From positions 939,201-1,003,200 of the forward strand of contig OZ245032.1 in assembly GCA_965224015.1 (NCBI GenBank): a DNA stretch of 64,000 bases, written 5' to 3'. A program made the position numbers and the translations under genes. Of the stretch, positions 1-9,020 are shown in pieces. Position 1 is the stretch's first letter; every line of letters begins with the position of its first letter. This stretch comes from Hyphomicrobiales bacterium (GTDB taxonomy: Bacteria > Pseudomonadota > Alphaproteobacteria > Rhizobiales > CBDCVD01). The notes under the pieces are model-generated. The model did not search any database. It had not been told where the DNA came from and was given only the letters and a program-made list of their open reading frames with translations.

Positions 1-46
1 TGTGGTCGAACGCCTTAAGGCGTATGCGGATATTTTGTTTTTCCAT
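1..46 (-). CDS. rpsJ: 30S ribosomal protein S10, first 15 codons only (gene runs off left edge)
   Basis: Reverse complement of 1-46 reads ATG GAA AAA CAA AAT ATC CGC ATA CGC CTT AAG GCG TTC GAC CAC = MEKQNIRIRLKAFDH, the conserved S10 N-terminus. It lies downstream of tuf as in str/S10 operons. Too short for the ORF track. Confidence 0.8.
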   Translation of the reverse strand, partial: MEKQNIRIRLKAFDH

Positions 47-131
47 GGTCTAACCGATTTTCCAATCTGGCCCCTATGCGATGTGCTGCGGCCTACAAAC
101 CTGTTTCCTATCCATCCGAAGCGCAAGGTTT

Positions 132-234
132 ATACCGGCGGTATTGGCTTTATAGACACGCCGACTGGTGTAGGGCCTTGATAACATAACTCTTTGACGC
201 TAAGCCATGAGTCATTGTTAAGGACCCTTGGTAT
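132..234 (+). repeat. RepA copy (approx 103-bp MITE-like interspersed repeat)
   Basis: ATACCGGCGGTATTGGCTTTATAGACACGCCGACTGG...GTCATTGTTAAGGACCCTTGGTAT, near-identical to 9 other copies in the window. Sits between tuf and rpsJ. Confidence 0.9.
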
Positions 235-323
235 TAGGCGCTCCCCTCTTGCGTTCCTCAAAACATCATCAGGAAGCCGCACCCGGGCCGCCCCATGACG
301 ACGCAATATCCACATCGGCACAT

Positions 324-378
324 GCTGGCATTCAGATCACAAACGCTGGCATCCAGATCAGCAAATGCCGGCTGCAAC
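324..378. repeat. Tandem repeat, approx 21-bp unit x2.5
   Basis: GCTGGCATTCAGATCACAAAC / GCTGGCATCCAGATCAGCAAAT / GCCGGCTGCAAC, contiguous. Confidence 0.8.
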
Positions 379-412
379 GCCTTCCGATCATCCAAAGCCC
401 ATAACGCTGGTA

Positions 413-1603
413 TTACTCGATAATGGTGGCGACGACGCCGGCACCTACCGTGCGCCCGCCCTCACGAATGGCAAAGCGCAGCTTCTCTTCCATGGCGATC
501 GGCACTATCAGCTCAACCTCCATCTCGCAATTGTCCCCGGGCATCACCATCTCCGTTCCCTCGGAAAGGCTCACAACACCCGTCACATCGGTGGTGCGAA
601 AATAAAACTGCGGACGGTAATTGGTGAAAAACGGCGTGTGACGACCCCCCTCGTCCTTGGTCAGAATATAGGCCTCCGCCTTGAACTTCGTATGCGGCGT
701 CACGGAACCCGGCTTACACAAAACCTGACCACGCTCAATCCCATCCCGCTCAACACCGCGCAGCAAACACCCGACATTGTCCCCAGCCTCGCCTTGATCC
801 AGAAGCTTGCGGAACATCTCAACCCCCGTCACCGTCGTCTTGCCGGTATTGCGTATGCCAACAATCTCAACTTCCTCACCAACGTTCACAATCCCCCGCT
901 CAATGCGCCCCGTGGCCACCGTGCCACGGCCGGAGATCGAAAAAACATCCTCAACAGGCATCAAAAACGGCTGATCTTTCGGGCGCTCAGGCTGCGGGAT
1001 ATATTCATCAACCGCCGCCATCAATTCAACAATCTTCTCTTTGCCAATCGCATCATCACGACCCTCAAGAGCCGCCAAAGCCGAACCGGTCACAATCGGA
1101 ATGTCATCGCCGGGAAAATCATAAGACGACAAAAGCTCGCGCACTTCCAATTCAACAATCTCCAACAACTCCGCATCGTCAACCTGGTCCGACTTGTTCA
1201 AAAATACAACAAGCGCCGGAACACCAACCTGGCGCGCCAACAATATATGCTCCCGGGTCTGGGGCATCGGGCCATCCGCCGCCGAGACCACCAGAATGGC
1301 CCCATCCATCTGCGCTGCACCGGTGATCATGTTCTTGACATAATCCGCATGGCCAGGACAGTCCACATGGGCGTAGTGGCGGTTCTCCGTCTCGTACTCC
1401 ACATGCGCCGTCGAAATGGTAATGCCGCGCTCGCGCTCCTCAGGCGCCTTGTCAATGTCTTCAAACGCCGTCGCCGTCGCCCCGCCAACTTCCGCCAAAA
1501 CCTTCGTAATCGCAGCCGTCAGCGTCGTCTTGCCATGATCAACATGACCTATCGTCCCGATATTCACATGCGGCTTGTTGCGCTCAAACTTTTCCTTCGC
1601 CAT
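413..1603 (-). CDS. tuf: Elongation factor Tu
   Basis: 396-aa ORF with [18 protein letters not shown] and NKSD GTPase motifs, full-length EF-Tu. Confidence 0.98.
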   Translation of the reverse strand: MAKEKFERNKPHVNIGTIGHVDHGKTTLTAAITKVLAEVGGATATAFEDIDKAPEERERGITISTAHVEYETENRHYAHVDCPGHADYVKNMITGAAQMDGAILVVSAADGPMPQTREHILLARQVGVPALVVFLNKSDQVDDAELLEIVELEVRELLSSYDFPGDDIPIVTGSALAALEGRDDAIGKEKIVELMAAVDEYIPQPERPKDQPFLMPVEDVFSISGRGTVATGRIERGIVNVGEEVEIVGIRNTGKTTVTGVEMFRKLLDQGEAGDNVGCLLRGVERDGIERGQVLCKPGSVTPHTKFKAEAYILTKDEGGRHTPFFTNYRPQFYFRTTDVTGVVSLSEGTEMVMPGDNCEMEVELIVPIAMEEKLRFAIREGGRTVGAGVVATIIE

Positions 1604-1635
1604 TGACCTCGCTCCTTTTGACCTCGCTCCTCTTG
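1604..1635. repeat. Tandem duplication (15-16 bp x2) of the tuf ribosome-binding region
   Basis: On the tuf strand: CAAGAGGAGCGAGGTCA AAAGGAGCGAGGTCA ATG. The AGGAGCGAGGTCA block occurs twice directly upstream of the start codon. Confidence 0.85.
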
Positions 1636-1667
1636 CGAAATGGATCCCCGATCCTGCTCTTCATCAT

Positions 1668-1724
1668 CATTTGTTTACGTCTGAATCATCTGTTTACGTC
1701 TGAATCATTTGTTTACATCTGAAC
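1668..1724. repeat. Tandem repeat, 19-bp unit x3
   Basis: CATTTGTTTACGTCTGAAT / CATCTGTTTACGTCTGAAT / CATTTGTTTACATCTGAAC. Confidence 0.9.
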
Positions 1725-1929
1725 CCGTCGGTGTTCGTCAGTCAGGGCCTTACCCTTAACCCTTACACCCATCGCCCCAGCACCTGAAACCCGAGGTTCC
1801 GTTCACCCGCGCACATCGCCTGCGCACGTCGCCCGCGCCCTCTTGAAATCGGCACCTTACAGCCGGTCCTGGCACCAACACAGCTTTTCTCTCAACACAT
1901 GCCCCTACCTTTTCAATACCAGCATCCCA

Positions 1930-4005
1930 CTATGCAAACTTGGCCTGAATGGCCTCGGCTTCTGCCTGTGGCACCTGCTGATAATGATCAAACTGCATGG
2001 TAAACTGGGCCCGCCCCTGACTCATGGAGCGCAGGTTACTCACATAACCAAACATGTTGGCAAGCGGCACCATCGCATTCACGACTGTGGCAACGCCGCG
2101 CGACTCGGTTCCCTGAATTTGCCCCCGGCGGGAATTCAGATCACCAATAATATCGCCCATATAGTCCTCAGGGGTAACAACCTCAACCTTCATGATGGGC
2201 TCCAGCAACTTGGGTGCAGCCTTGCGCGCCCCTTCCCGAAAGGCCGCCCGCGAGGCGATTTCAAAAGCCAACACGCTCGAATCCACATCGTGATAGGCGC
2301 CATCCAGAAGCGTTACCTTGGTATCCACAAGAGGAAAGCCGGCGATAACCCCTGTTGACAAAACACTGTTGACGCCCTTCTCAACGCCAGGAATATATTC
2401 CTTGGGCACATTGCCGCCGGTAATCTTGCTCTCAAATGCATGCCCCGTTCCCTGCTCATTGGGCTCGATCAAAAGCTTGACACGGGCAAATTGCCCGGCA
2501 CCGCCGGACTGTTTTTTGTGGGTATAATCAATCTCTTCAGCGCGGGTGACGGTTTCCCGGTAGGCGACCTGGGGATTGCCGATATTGGCTTCGACCTTAA
2601 ATTCACGCTTCATCCGGTCGACAATGATATCAAGGTGCAATTCGCCCATGCCGGCGATGATGGTCTGGCCGGTCTCATTATCGGACTTGACGCGAAAACT
2701 CGGATCCTCTTGCGCCAAACGGTGCAGAGCGGAGCCCATTTTTTCCTGATCACCCTTGGTTTTTGGCTCAACGGTGATCTCGATCACAGGGTCAGGAAAC
2801 TCCATGCGCTCAAGAATAACCTGGTGATCCGGCGCGCACAGGGTATCACCGGTCGTCGTTTCCTTCAGCCCGGCAATGGCAACGATGTCTCCCGCGTGCG
2901 CCAGCTTGATATCCTCCCGGTGATTGGAGTGCATTAAAAGCATACGGCCGACGCGTTCACGCCGGCCTTTTACACTATTAACAACTGTGGAACCGCTCTC
3001 CAGGGTGCCGGAATAAATACGCGCAAAGGTGAGCGAACCGACAAACGGGTCATTCATCACCTTAAAGGCCAGCATGGCGAGAGGCACATCGTCACTGGCC
3101 TGGCGGGTGACATCCTCCTCGCTCTTGACGTCAATGCCCTTTACGGCGGGAATATCAACCGGGCTTGGCAAATAATCGACAACCGCATCTAGAAGCGGCT
3201 GTACACCTTTGTTTTTGAAAGCCGTTCCACACAGAACGGGAACAAAAGTATTATTGATTGTTCCCATGCGGATAAGCTGTGCAAGAGCATCCCCGCAGGG
3301 CTCCTCTCCCTCCAGATAGGCTTCCATGGCCCCCTCATGGACCTCAACGGCCGCCTCCACCATGGCCTCACGCGCCCTGGTCGCCGCATCAACCATGTCG
3401 GCAGGAATATCCTGCTCATGAAACGTTGCGCCTAAGCTTTCGTTATCCCAGATGATTGCTTTCATTTTGATGAGATCAATTACGCCGGCAAATTTCGATT
3501 CGGCCCCAATCGGCAACTGAATCACCAGCGGATTGGCACCAAGCCGGGTCCTTATCATCTCAACTGATTTATCAAAGTCAGCGCCCAACTTATCCATTTT
3601 ATTGACAAATATCATGCGTGGCACGTTGTATTTGTCTGCCTGGCGCCAAACTGTTTCCGTTTGCGGCTCAACCCCGGCGTTGGCATCAAGAAGTGCAACA
3701 GCCCCATCAAGCACCCGCAACGAACGCTCCACTTCAATGGTAAAATCCACATGCCCGGGGGTATCGATGATGTTCAGGCGCTTGCCTTTCCAAAAGCAGG
3801 TGGTTGCGGCCGAGGTGATGGTAATACCCCGTTCCTGCTCCTGCTCCATCCAGTCCATGGTGGCGGCGCCATCGTGAACTTCGCCAATCTTGTGGCTTTT
3901 GCCCGTGTAGTAAAGGATCCGCTCGGTCGTGGTGGTCTTGCCGGCATCAATATGGGCCATGATGCCAAAGTTCCGATAATCCTCAATCTTGTACGCTCGC
4001 GCCAT
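1930..4005 (-). CDS. fusA: Elongation factor G
   Basis: [17 protein letters not shown] and NKMD motifs. Start moved from the ORF-track Met (4026) to Met8, giving the canonical [26 protein letters not shown]-terminus. Confidence 0.97.
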   Translation of the reverse strand: MARAYKIEDYRNFGIMAHIDAGKTTTTERILYYTGKSHKIGEVHDGAATMDWMEQEQERGITITSAATTCFWKGKRLNIIDTPGHVDFTIEVERSLRVLDGAVALLDANAGVEPQTETVWRQADKYNVPRMIFVNKMDKLGADFDKSVEMIRTRLGANPLVIQLPIGAESKFAGVIDLIKMKAIIWDNESLGATFHEQDIPADMVDAATRAREAMVEAAVEVHEGAMEAYLEGEEPCGDALAQLIRMGTINNTFVPVLCGTAFKNKGVQPLLDAVVDYLPSPVDIPAVKGIDVKSEEDVTRQASDDVPLAMLAFKVMNDPFVGSLTFARIYSGTLESGSTVVNSVKGRRERVGRMLLMHSNHREDIKLAHAGDIVAIAGLKETTTGDTLCAPDHQVILERMEFPDPVIEITVEPKTKGDQEKMGSALHRLAQEDPSFRVKSDNETGQTIIAGMGELHLDIIVDRMKREFKVEANIGNPQVAYRETVTRAEEIDYTHKKQSGGAGQFARVKLLIEPNEQGTGHAFESKITGGNVPKEYIPGVEKGVNSVLSTGVIAGFPLVDTKVTLLDGAYHDVDSSVLAFEIASRAAFREGARKAAPKLLEPIMKVEVVTPEDYMGDIIGDLNSRRGQIQGTESRGVATVVNAMVPLANMFGYVSNLRSMSQGRAQFTMQFDHYQQVPQAEAEAIQAKFA

Positions 4006-4077
4006 AACCAATCTCGTTAATACCATCCAAATAAATTCAGGCCGGGAACACCAACTTGCACCCGACCCCTGATAGCC

Positions 4078-4548
4078 CTACCACCGATAATGTGAAAATG
4101 CCCTATTGGCCTCTGCCATTCGATGCGTGTCTTCGCGCTTTTTCACCGCATTGCCGCGCTCGTTAAAGGCATCGAGCAACTCACCTGAAAGGCGCTCAGT
4201 CATGGTGCGCTCGCTGCGCGCACGCGCTGCAGCAATCAGCCAACGAATAGCCAGCGCCTTTTTGCGCTCACTACGAACCTCCACGGGAACCTGATAGGTA
4301 GCGCCACCGACGCGGCGCGAACGCACCTCAATGGACGGACTTACATTGTCAAGCGCGGTGTGAAAAACATCGACCGGGTCCTGCTTCAACTTGTCCTGAA
4401 TAATATCGAAAGCCCCATAGACCATGCGTTCGGCAACAGACTTTTTGCCATGTTTCATGAGGCTGTTCATGAATTTGGAAATCGTCTGATCGCCGTATTT
4501 GGGATCGGGAATTATGTCTCGCTTTTCGGCGCTGTGACGTCTTGACAT
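4078..4548 (-). CDS. rpsG: 30S ribosomal protein S7
   Basis: 156 aa, [20 protein letters not shown]...[10 protein letters not shown], between rpsL and fusA. Confidence 0.97.
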   Translation of the reverse strand: MSRRHSAEKRDIIPDPKYGDQTISKFMNSLMKHGKKSVAERMVYGAFDIIQDKLKQDPVDVFHTALDNVSPSIEVRSRRVGGATYQVPVEVRSERKKALAIRWLIAAARARSERTMTERLSGELLDAFNERGNAVKKREDTHRMAEANRAFSHYRW

Positions 4549-4603
4549 GGTTTTGGTTCCGCGATTTGCTTCCGCTCCTGGCGCCGGCAGCGCTTCCGAT
4601 TGA

Positions 4604-4975
4604 CTATTTTGGCCGCTTGGCGCCGTATTTGGATCGGCGCTGGCGTCGATCTTTTACACCGTGCGTATCAAGAACACCGCGTAAAACGTGATAGCGAACC
4701 CCAGGCAGGTCCCGCACCCTACCGCCTCGTATCAGAACAACGGCGTGCTCTTGCAGGTTGTGCCCCTCACCGGGGATGTAACTTATAACCTCACGCCCAT
4801 TGGTCAAGCGAACCTTGGCCACTTTACGAAGGGCAGAGTTTGGCTTTTTGGGTGTCGTGGTATAGACCCGGGTGCAAACCCCTTTCTTTTGCGGGTTTGC
4901 CTCCATGGCCGGCACTTTCGAGCGCTTGACCTTCGATTGCCGCGGCTTGCGGATCAGTTGATTGATCGTTGGCAT
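4604..4975 (-). CDS. rpsL: 30S ribosomal protein S12
   Basis: 123 aa, [12 protein letters not shown]...[11 protein letters not shown]...GVRYH. Confidence 0.97.
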   Translation of the reverse strand: MPTINQLIRKPRQSKVKRSKVPAMEANPQKKGVCTRVYTTTPKKPNSALRKVAKVRLTNGREVISYIPGEGHNLQEHAVVLIRGGRVRDLPGVRYHVLRGVLDTHGVKDRRQRRSKYGAKRPK

Positions 4976-4997
4976 CCTAAACTCTTATTCCTCGCAC

Positions 4998-5046
4998 CCT
5001 AACACGTTCCTTGCAGCCTAACACGTTCCTTGCAGCCTAACACGCA
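4998..5046. repeat. Tandem repeat, 19-bp unit x2.6, just upstream of rpsL
   Basis: CCTAACACGTTCCTTGCAG x2, then CCTAACACGCA. Confidence 0.9.
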
Positions 5047-5526
5047 TTTCGCTGCGCCCTTGCCCTGAACCCACCCCCATGCGCTTTAGCAACCCCGGCA
5101 ACTCAAGCCGCCACGCCAACCTTGATAACCGCAAGCCCGACGGCTCGACCGCCACGTCTTTCCCGTAACCCAACACGCAGCATCCGCTTGCACAAATACG
5201 CCGTTTCCAGTTCCCGCGCCAACGGCAGCGCCAAACTGTAATTGAACACCACCTCGCGTTACAACAAACGCTGTAACACCGATCGCGCATCCGCATGTTG
5301 CCTGTATTGTCGTTGGTAGCGTTTAGAGATACGTGGTTTCGTGTGCATTTAACGGGGCGCACGAATGGGCGAACTCTACGGCCTACCCGAGAATCGCCTT
5401 GGGTTCTAGCGCTAAAAGACAGGCATCGTCAAGCAATTTCGCGCTCTCGCCTTAATTTTTTGCCAATTGCGTGCAACTTTAATGGCGTTCGCGGATAATT
5501 GGCGGCAATTGCGGTCTGAATTCTCT

Positions 5527-5580
5527 ATGTCAGTGCAAAATGTCAGTGCAAAATGTCAGTACAAAATGTCAGTGCAAAAT
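5527..5580. repeat. Tandem repeat, 13-bp unit x4
   Basis: ATGTCAGTGCAAA x4 (third unit ATGTCAGTACAAA). Confidence 0.9.
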
Positions 5581-5603
5581 TGCTTGCCTGATCCCGACGG
5601 GTT

Positions 5604-5705
5604 ATACCAGCGGTATTGGCTTTATATACACGCCGACTGGTGTACTGCCTTGATAACACACTTACTTGACGCTAAGCCATGAGTCATTGTTAAGGCCCCT
5701 TGGTA
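5604..5705 (+). repeat. RepA copy
   Basis: ATACCAGCGGTATTGGCTTTATATACACGCCGACTGG...TTGTTAAGGCCCCTTGGTA. Its 3' end is 36 bp from the start codon of the next gene. Confidence 0.9.
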
Positions 5706-5740
5706 GAAATTGATTTCCATATAAATAGGAACTTCGCATT

Positions 5741-6250
5741 ATGTCAGATTTCGCTCAACCGCAAGAAAAAGCAGGCCTCACGCGGGGCAACCGCACACGC
5801 ATCCTGGCCATGCTCGTCGTGGCCATTGTGATGACCATGGGGGCCGTAATTTACGGTTCTCTCGCGCACGCCGGCGCGGTCTACTCCACCGGCGGCAAGG
5901 CGATCGGCGGCTATGACCCGGTGGCTTACTTCACCCACGGCAAGCCCGTGCGTGGGCAAGCGGAGCATGCTTTTTCCTGGAAAGGAACCACCTGGCATTT
6001 CTCCAGCCAGGAAAACCGCGATGCCTTCGCAGCCAGTCCGACCCGATACGCCCCACGATATGGGGGGTACTGCGCCTATGCGGCCTCTCAGAACTACGTT
6101 TACCGCACCGATCCTCATGCCTGGACTATCGTGGACGACAGGCTTTACTTGAACGCAAACAAGAGTGTCCGCGCCACCTGGAGCCAGGATATCCCCGGCC
6201 ACATCGCCGCCGCAGACAAGAACTGGCCGGCCCTGGAAAAAGGTTTGTGA
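5741..6250 (+). CDS. YHS-domain protein (Cys form of the YHS-domain (seleno)protein family), membrane-anchored
   Basis: 169 aa with an N-terminal TM segment, then GGYDPVAYF...WKGTTWHFSSQENRDAFAASPTRYAPRYGGYCAYAAS...DPHAWTIVDDRLYLN. Confidence 0.8.
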   Translation: MSDFAQPQEKAGLTRGNRTRILAMLVVAIVMTMGAVIYGSLAHAGAVYSTGGKAIGGYDPVAYFTHGKPVRGQAEHAFSWKGTTWHFSSQENRDAFAASPTRYAPRYGGYCAYAASQNYVYRTDPHAWTIVDDRLYLNANKSVRATWSQDIPGHIAAADKNWPALEKGL

Positions 6251-6405
6251 GCTGCAAAATCAGCGCATTTTCCAATAAATTGTTCGGCCCGTCCGTGCGT
6301 TTCTTTGCCTGTGCAGATGACAAACCCTGCAGTCACGATCATCGCCCCGACCTGGTTCGGGTGAACCTTACGGGCACTGCGATCTCCTGCATCCATCCGG
6401 TCACC

Positions 6406-6432
6406 GGGAAACGTCTGTTTGCGGCCTGGCCC
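6406..6432 (+). repeat. RepC 5'-end fragment
   Basis: GGGAAACGTCTGTTTGCGGCCTGGCCC, compare GGGAAACGTCTATTTGTGGCCTGCCC at 14968. Confidence 0.6.
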
Positions 6433-6436
6433 TCGC

Positions 6437-6472
6437 AAAAAAAACCGGCCGGTGACATTGCGTCACCGGCCG
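6437..6472 (-). terminator. Rho-independent terminator (minus-strand sense)
   Basis: Perfect 11-bp GC-rich stem CGGCCGGTGAC (6446-6456) / GTCACCGGCCG (6462-6472) with loop ATTGC. The A8 run at 6437-6444 is a U8 tail on the minus strand. Confidence 0.8.
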
Positions 6473-6767
6473 ATAATAAACACAGGCATCGTGGGGGGCA
6501 TTAACAACGCCTGCATACAGTCATGAATGAACTCACAAATATTTGATTCGTGAGTAGTTTCAATTCATACCTGTTGTTTAGCAAAGTCTTTATGAACCCA
6601 ACCCGAAAGGACTATTCATCTTAGGTTCATAAAAATTTCCCTTACGTAATCATTAAAATTTTCCGAATTCATAAGAAATATCAATAGGAAAAAACTATAA
6701 TTGAAGATTGCACTTTAGGCAAAAATAGCCTTAACACACACATTGGTCCTTAAACAAAATTATACCG

Positions 6768-6869
6768 CGGGGCCTTGCGTTTAACTCCTGGCCCCCCCAG
6801 GGTTACCCTTTCATGGGGGACCCAAGCCCCGGGGAGAGCGGGCCAGATCGCAAATAAACGTTTCCAGCT
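6768..6869 (-). repeat. RepC copy (long form, reverse orientation)
   Basis: The reverse complement begins AGCTGGAAACGTTTATTTGCGATCTGGCC and ends ...GGCCAGGAGTTAAACGCAAGGCCCC. Lies about 20 bp downstream of the pssA stop. Confidence 0.7.
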
Positions 6870-6888
6870 AACATCGAACCCGCGTCGC

Positions 6889-7722
6889 TTACGAAGACCT
6901 GGGACTTTTTGCCGCTCGATGACGGCGTTCACGGGTCCGAAAAGTCCTGTGCGCAACGGGCAGGCTGGCCAGATAAATCAGCGTGAAGGCGCTCGCCATC
7001 ACCCAGGGGAAGCTGAGCAGCAAAACAATCAGAACCACCGCCGCTATAAACAGGGGCGCCACCCAGTCTCTATCCACCCACCGCCCCAAACGCTTTCCGG
7101 AATAACTCGGCAGGCGTGACACAAGCAAAAGGCCGACAAACACCACATAAACACTGGACACCCAAACACTGCCGGACCAAGGCGGCAAGCCCATATAGGT
7201 CAGGTAAATGGGCAGCATGACGACCAGAGCACCGGCCGGTGCCGGAATGCCGGTAAAATAGTCTGCATGCCAGCGCGGCGTGTCGGGAGCCTCCAGCATG
7301 GCATTAAAACGCGCCAGACGCAGAGCGGTGGCGATGGCGAAAATAAGAACCGCCAGCCAGCCAAAAGACTTGAGCGCATGCAGGTTCCAAAAATAAAGAA
7401 TGATCCCCGGTGCCACGCCAAAATTGACAAAATCGGCCAGCGAGTCCAATTCGGCACCAAAACGCGATGTTGATTTCAGGGCCCGCGCCAAGCGCCCATC
7501 AAGAGCGTCAAGAAGGGCCGCGATTGCAATCGCCGTGATCGCTAACCCATAGCGTCCCTCGAACCCGAGGCGAATGGCGGTCAAACCAGCGCAGATCGTC
7601 ATCACCGTAACCACATTGGGGGCAATGATGCGAAACGGAATACGCCGACGTCGCGACCCCCGATTTCGCCGGGCGTCTGATCCTGGATCCGGCGGCTCAA
7701 ACGGTGGAAACGGTGTTTCCAT
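6889..7722 (-). CDS. pssA: CDP-diacylglycerol--serine O-phosphatidyltransferase
   Basis: CDP-alcohol phosphatidyltransferase motif DALDGRLARALKSTSRFGAELDSLAD, multi-TM, starts 3 nt after the psd stop. Confidence 0.9.
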   Translation of the reverse strand: METPFPPFEPPDPGSDARRNRGSRRRRIPFRIIAPNVVTVMTICAGLTAIRLGFEGRYGLAITAIAIAALLDALDGRLARALKSTSRFGAELDSLADFVNFGVAPGIILYFWNLHALKSFGWLAVLIFAIATALRLARFNAMLEAPDTPRWHADYFTGIPAPAGALVVMLPIYLTYMGLPPWSGSVWVSSVYVVFVGLLLVSRLPSYSGKRLGRWVDRDWVAPLFIAAVVLIVLLLSFPWVMASAFTLIYLASLPVAHRTFRTRERRHRAAKSPRSS

Positions 7723-7725
7723 AAC

Positions 7726-8445
7726 CTATCCCCTTGCAAATTGCGTCTTATAGCGCTCATGCGTGCCAAAGTCGGCCAATATGGTCTCTCCGGCGATGGC
7801 CCGCTGCCCCAGGCCTACGGAAATAAAGGTTCCTGCCGGCACATAGACATCAACCCGACTGCCAAAGCGAATGAGGCCGTACCGATCCCCCGCCGCAAGC
7901 GTCTGCCCCGGCGCGACAAATCCGACAATACGACGCGCGACAAGTCCGGCGATCTGTACAACACCAATATCGCCGTGCGGCGTCGTGAGAACCATGCCGG
8001 AACGCTCATTCTCCTCGCTCGCCTTATCCAGATCCGCACTCAAAAACTTACCAGCACGATAGGTGATATCCTTGATAACTCCCGCACATGGCGCACGGTT
8101 AACATGCACATCCAGCACGCTCATGAACACGGAAATGCGGATATATTCCTGCCCTGATAGCCCCAACTCCGAAGGGGAAGGTGCGGGACCAACAAAGGAA
8201 ATGCGCCCATCCGCAGGAGAGACCACAAGCCCTGCGCGGGTTGGTGTTACTCTTTGCGGATCACGAAAAAAATACGCGCAAAATCCCGTCAGCGCCAAAC
8301 CGACCCATAGTAGTGGGCTCCATAGCCAGCCCAGTATCAGTGCGGCGACCGCAAAGATTGCGATAAACGGCGTGCCCGCGGGGTGAATTGGCGCCAGGCT
8401 ATTGGTGATGCTGTCGGGTAGAAACGAAAATAAGCGGGCAAGCAT
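7726..8445 (-). CDS. psd: Phosphatidylserine decarboxylase (short form proenzyme)
   Basis: 239 aa with an N-terminal TM pair and FGSRVDVY near the C-terminus at the position of the self-cleavage G-S motif. Adjacent to pssA. Confidence 0.9.
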   Translation of the reverse strand: MLARLFSFLPDSITNSLAPIHPAGTPFIAIFAVAALILGWLWSPLLWVGLALTGFCAYFFRDPQRVTPTRAGLVVSPADGRISFVGPAPSPSELGLSGQEYIRISVFMSVLDVHVNRAPCAGVIKDITYRAGKFLSADLDKASEENERSGMVLTTPHGDIGVVQIAGLVARRIVGFVAPGQTLAAGDRYGLIRFGSRVDVYVPAGTFISVGLGQRAIAGETILADFGTHERYKTQFARG

Positions 8446-8592
8446 AGGCCGGGCTCAGGTGTTGTTGATTGAGAATTGATGATCGCGCATCAAGCACGCC
8501 CCTGTCTACCACACGTTGGGCTGGAAAAACTACTGGTATGCTCCGCGGCGTTCGCATATAGCTAAATGACTTTATTCTGATACAGTCATTTA

Positions 8593-8632
8593 GAGCGTAT
8601 CAGGTTTTAATAGAACCATTCTGACGGAGCGA
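8593..8632 (+). repeat. RepB short form (approx 40 bp)
   Basis: GAGCGTATCAGGTTTTAATAGAACCATTCTGACGGAGCGA. Preceded by a 10-bp inverted repeat, CTAAATGACT (8562-8571) / AGTCATTTAG (8584-8593). Confidence 0.8.
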
Positions 8633-8706
8633 TTTTGCGCCAATATGGGCCTTAAGTCTCGCAGGATATAGGGGGGCTATTTGCAAGAGGCTTAAGGTCC
8701 ATATGA

Positions 8707-8938
8707 GATCAGCATGGCGTTAGCTTTACCCATTTTGCCAGGGGCAAAGCTAACGCCATAAAGCTGATCGCCCTCTAAATCTATAGCAAAAGCGTCCCTT
8801 CGGGTTTCCGTTTGGCGCAACGCCCACGCCCAAGCCGCTCTCGAGAGATGGATAAACATCGCTCTTCGATCGCCTTGAGCTTGGGAATCGCCTCGCCAAT
8901 CGAGAAACAGAATTGATTCTATTAAAACCTGACACGCT
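8707..8938 (-). repeat. RepB full-length copy (hairpin module + core + left end)
   Basis: The plus strand shows GATCAGCATGGCGTTAGCTTT...AAAGCTAACGCCATAAAGCTGATC (long hairpin), then CTCTAAATCTATAGCAAAAGCG...CCTGACACGCTC. Over 90% alike by eye to 15674-15906 and 12449-12607. Confidence 0.9.
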
Positions 8939-8971
8939 CTAGCTATATGCTTTTATTATCGCTCGGCTTTT

Positions 8972-8999
8972 CGCCTGAAAATGAAATCATTTTCAGGCG
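8972..8999. repeat. Perfect 13-bp inverted repeat (hairpin)
   Basis: CGCCTGAAAATGA-AA-TCATTTTCAGGCG. No adjacent U-tract on either strand, so not called a terminator. Confidence 0.7.
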
Positions 9000-9020
9000 G
9001 CCTGGCTATAGGATCGGCCA

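Noticed and set aside
365-1606. 413-aa ORF on the plus strand covering all of tuf
   Set aside because: It lies exactly antisense to a full-length EF-Tu gene. Its Arg/Leu/His-rich low-complexity translation is typical of shadow frames opposite strongly codon-biased genes. The same applies to 10541-11917 (htrA), 13526-14398 (hflK), 18329-19459 and 19033-19890 (lutB/lutA), 24302-25045 (nirK), 36596-37436 (pyrB), 37508-38527 (pyrC'), 44811-45737 (murJ), 52871-53647 (glnD) and 57724-60075 (lon).
5018-5498. ORFs of 114 and 67 aa in the long rpsL upstream region, and a TTGACG...CTAGAA promoter-like pair near 5420-5450 (minus strand)
   Set aside because: The ORF translations are Cys/Arg/Trp-rich nonsense. 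The promoter-like hexamers are about 430 nt from rpsL and the -10 is weak, so a call is not justified without TSS data.
6145-6504. 97-aa (minus) and 85-aa (plus) ORFs between the YHS gene and the terminator
   Set aside because: One overlaps the YHS gene's 3' end and starts inside the terminator. The other reads through the terminator hairpin. Neither has an SD or recognisable motifs.
6640-6660. Fur-box-like sequence (TTACGTAATCATTAAAATT) in the AT-rich island
   Set aside because: It is only a partial match to the 19-bp Fur consensus, and it sits in DNA that is AT-rich anyway. Alphaproteobacteria often use other iron regulators, so it is probably a chance match.
8750-8935. Conserved small ORF MSGFNR.HSVSRLARR.PSSRRSKSD... 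present in three copies (also 12453-12647 and within 15717-16142)
   Set aside because: It lies entirely within RepB. Differences between copies are about 10 replacement to 4 silent, so there is no purifying selection. It starts on GTG without an SD. It is treated as repeat DNA, not a gene family.
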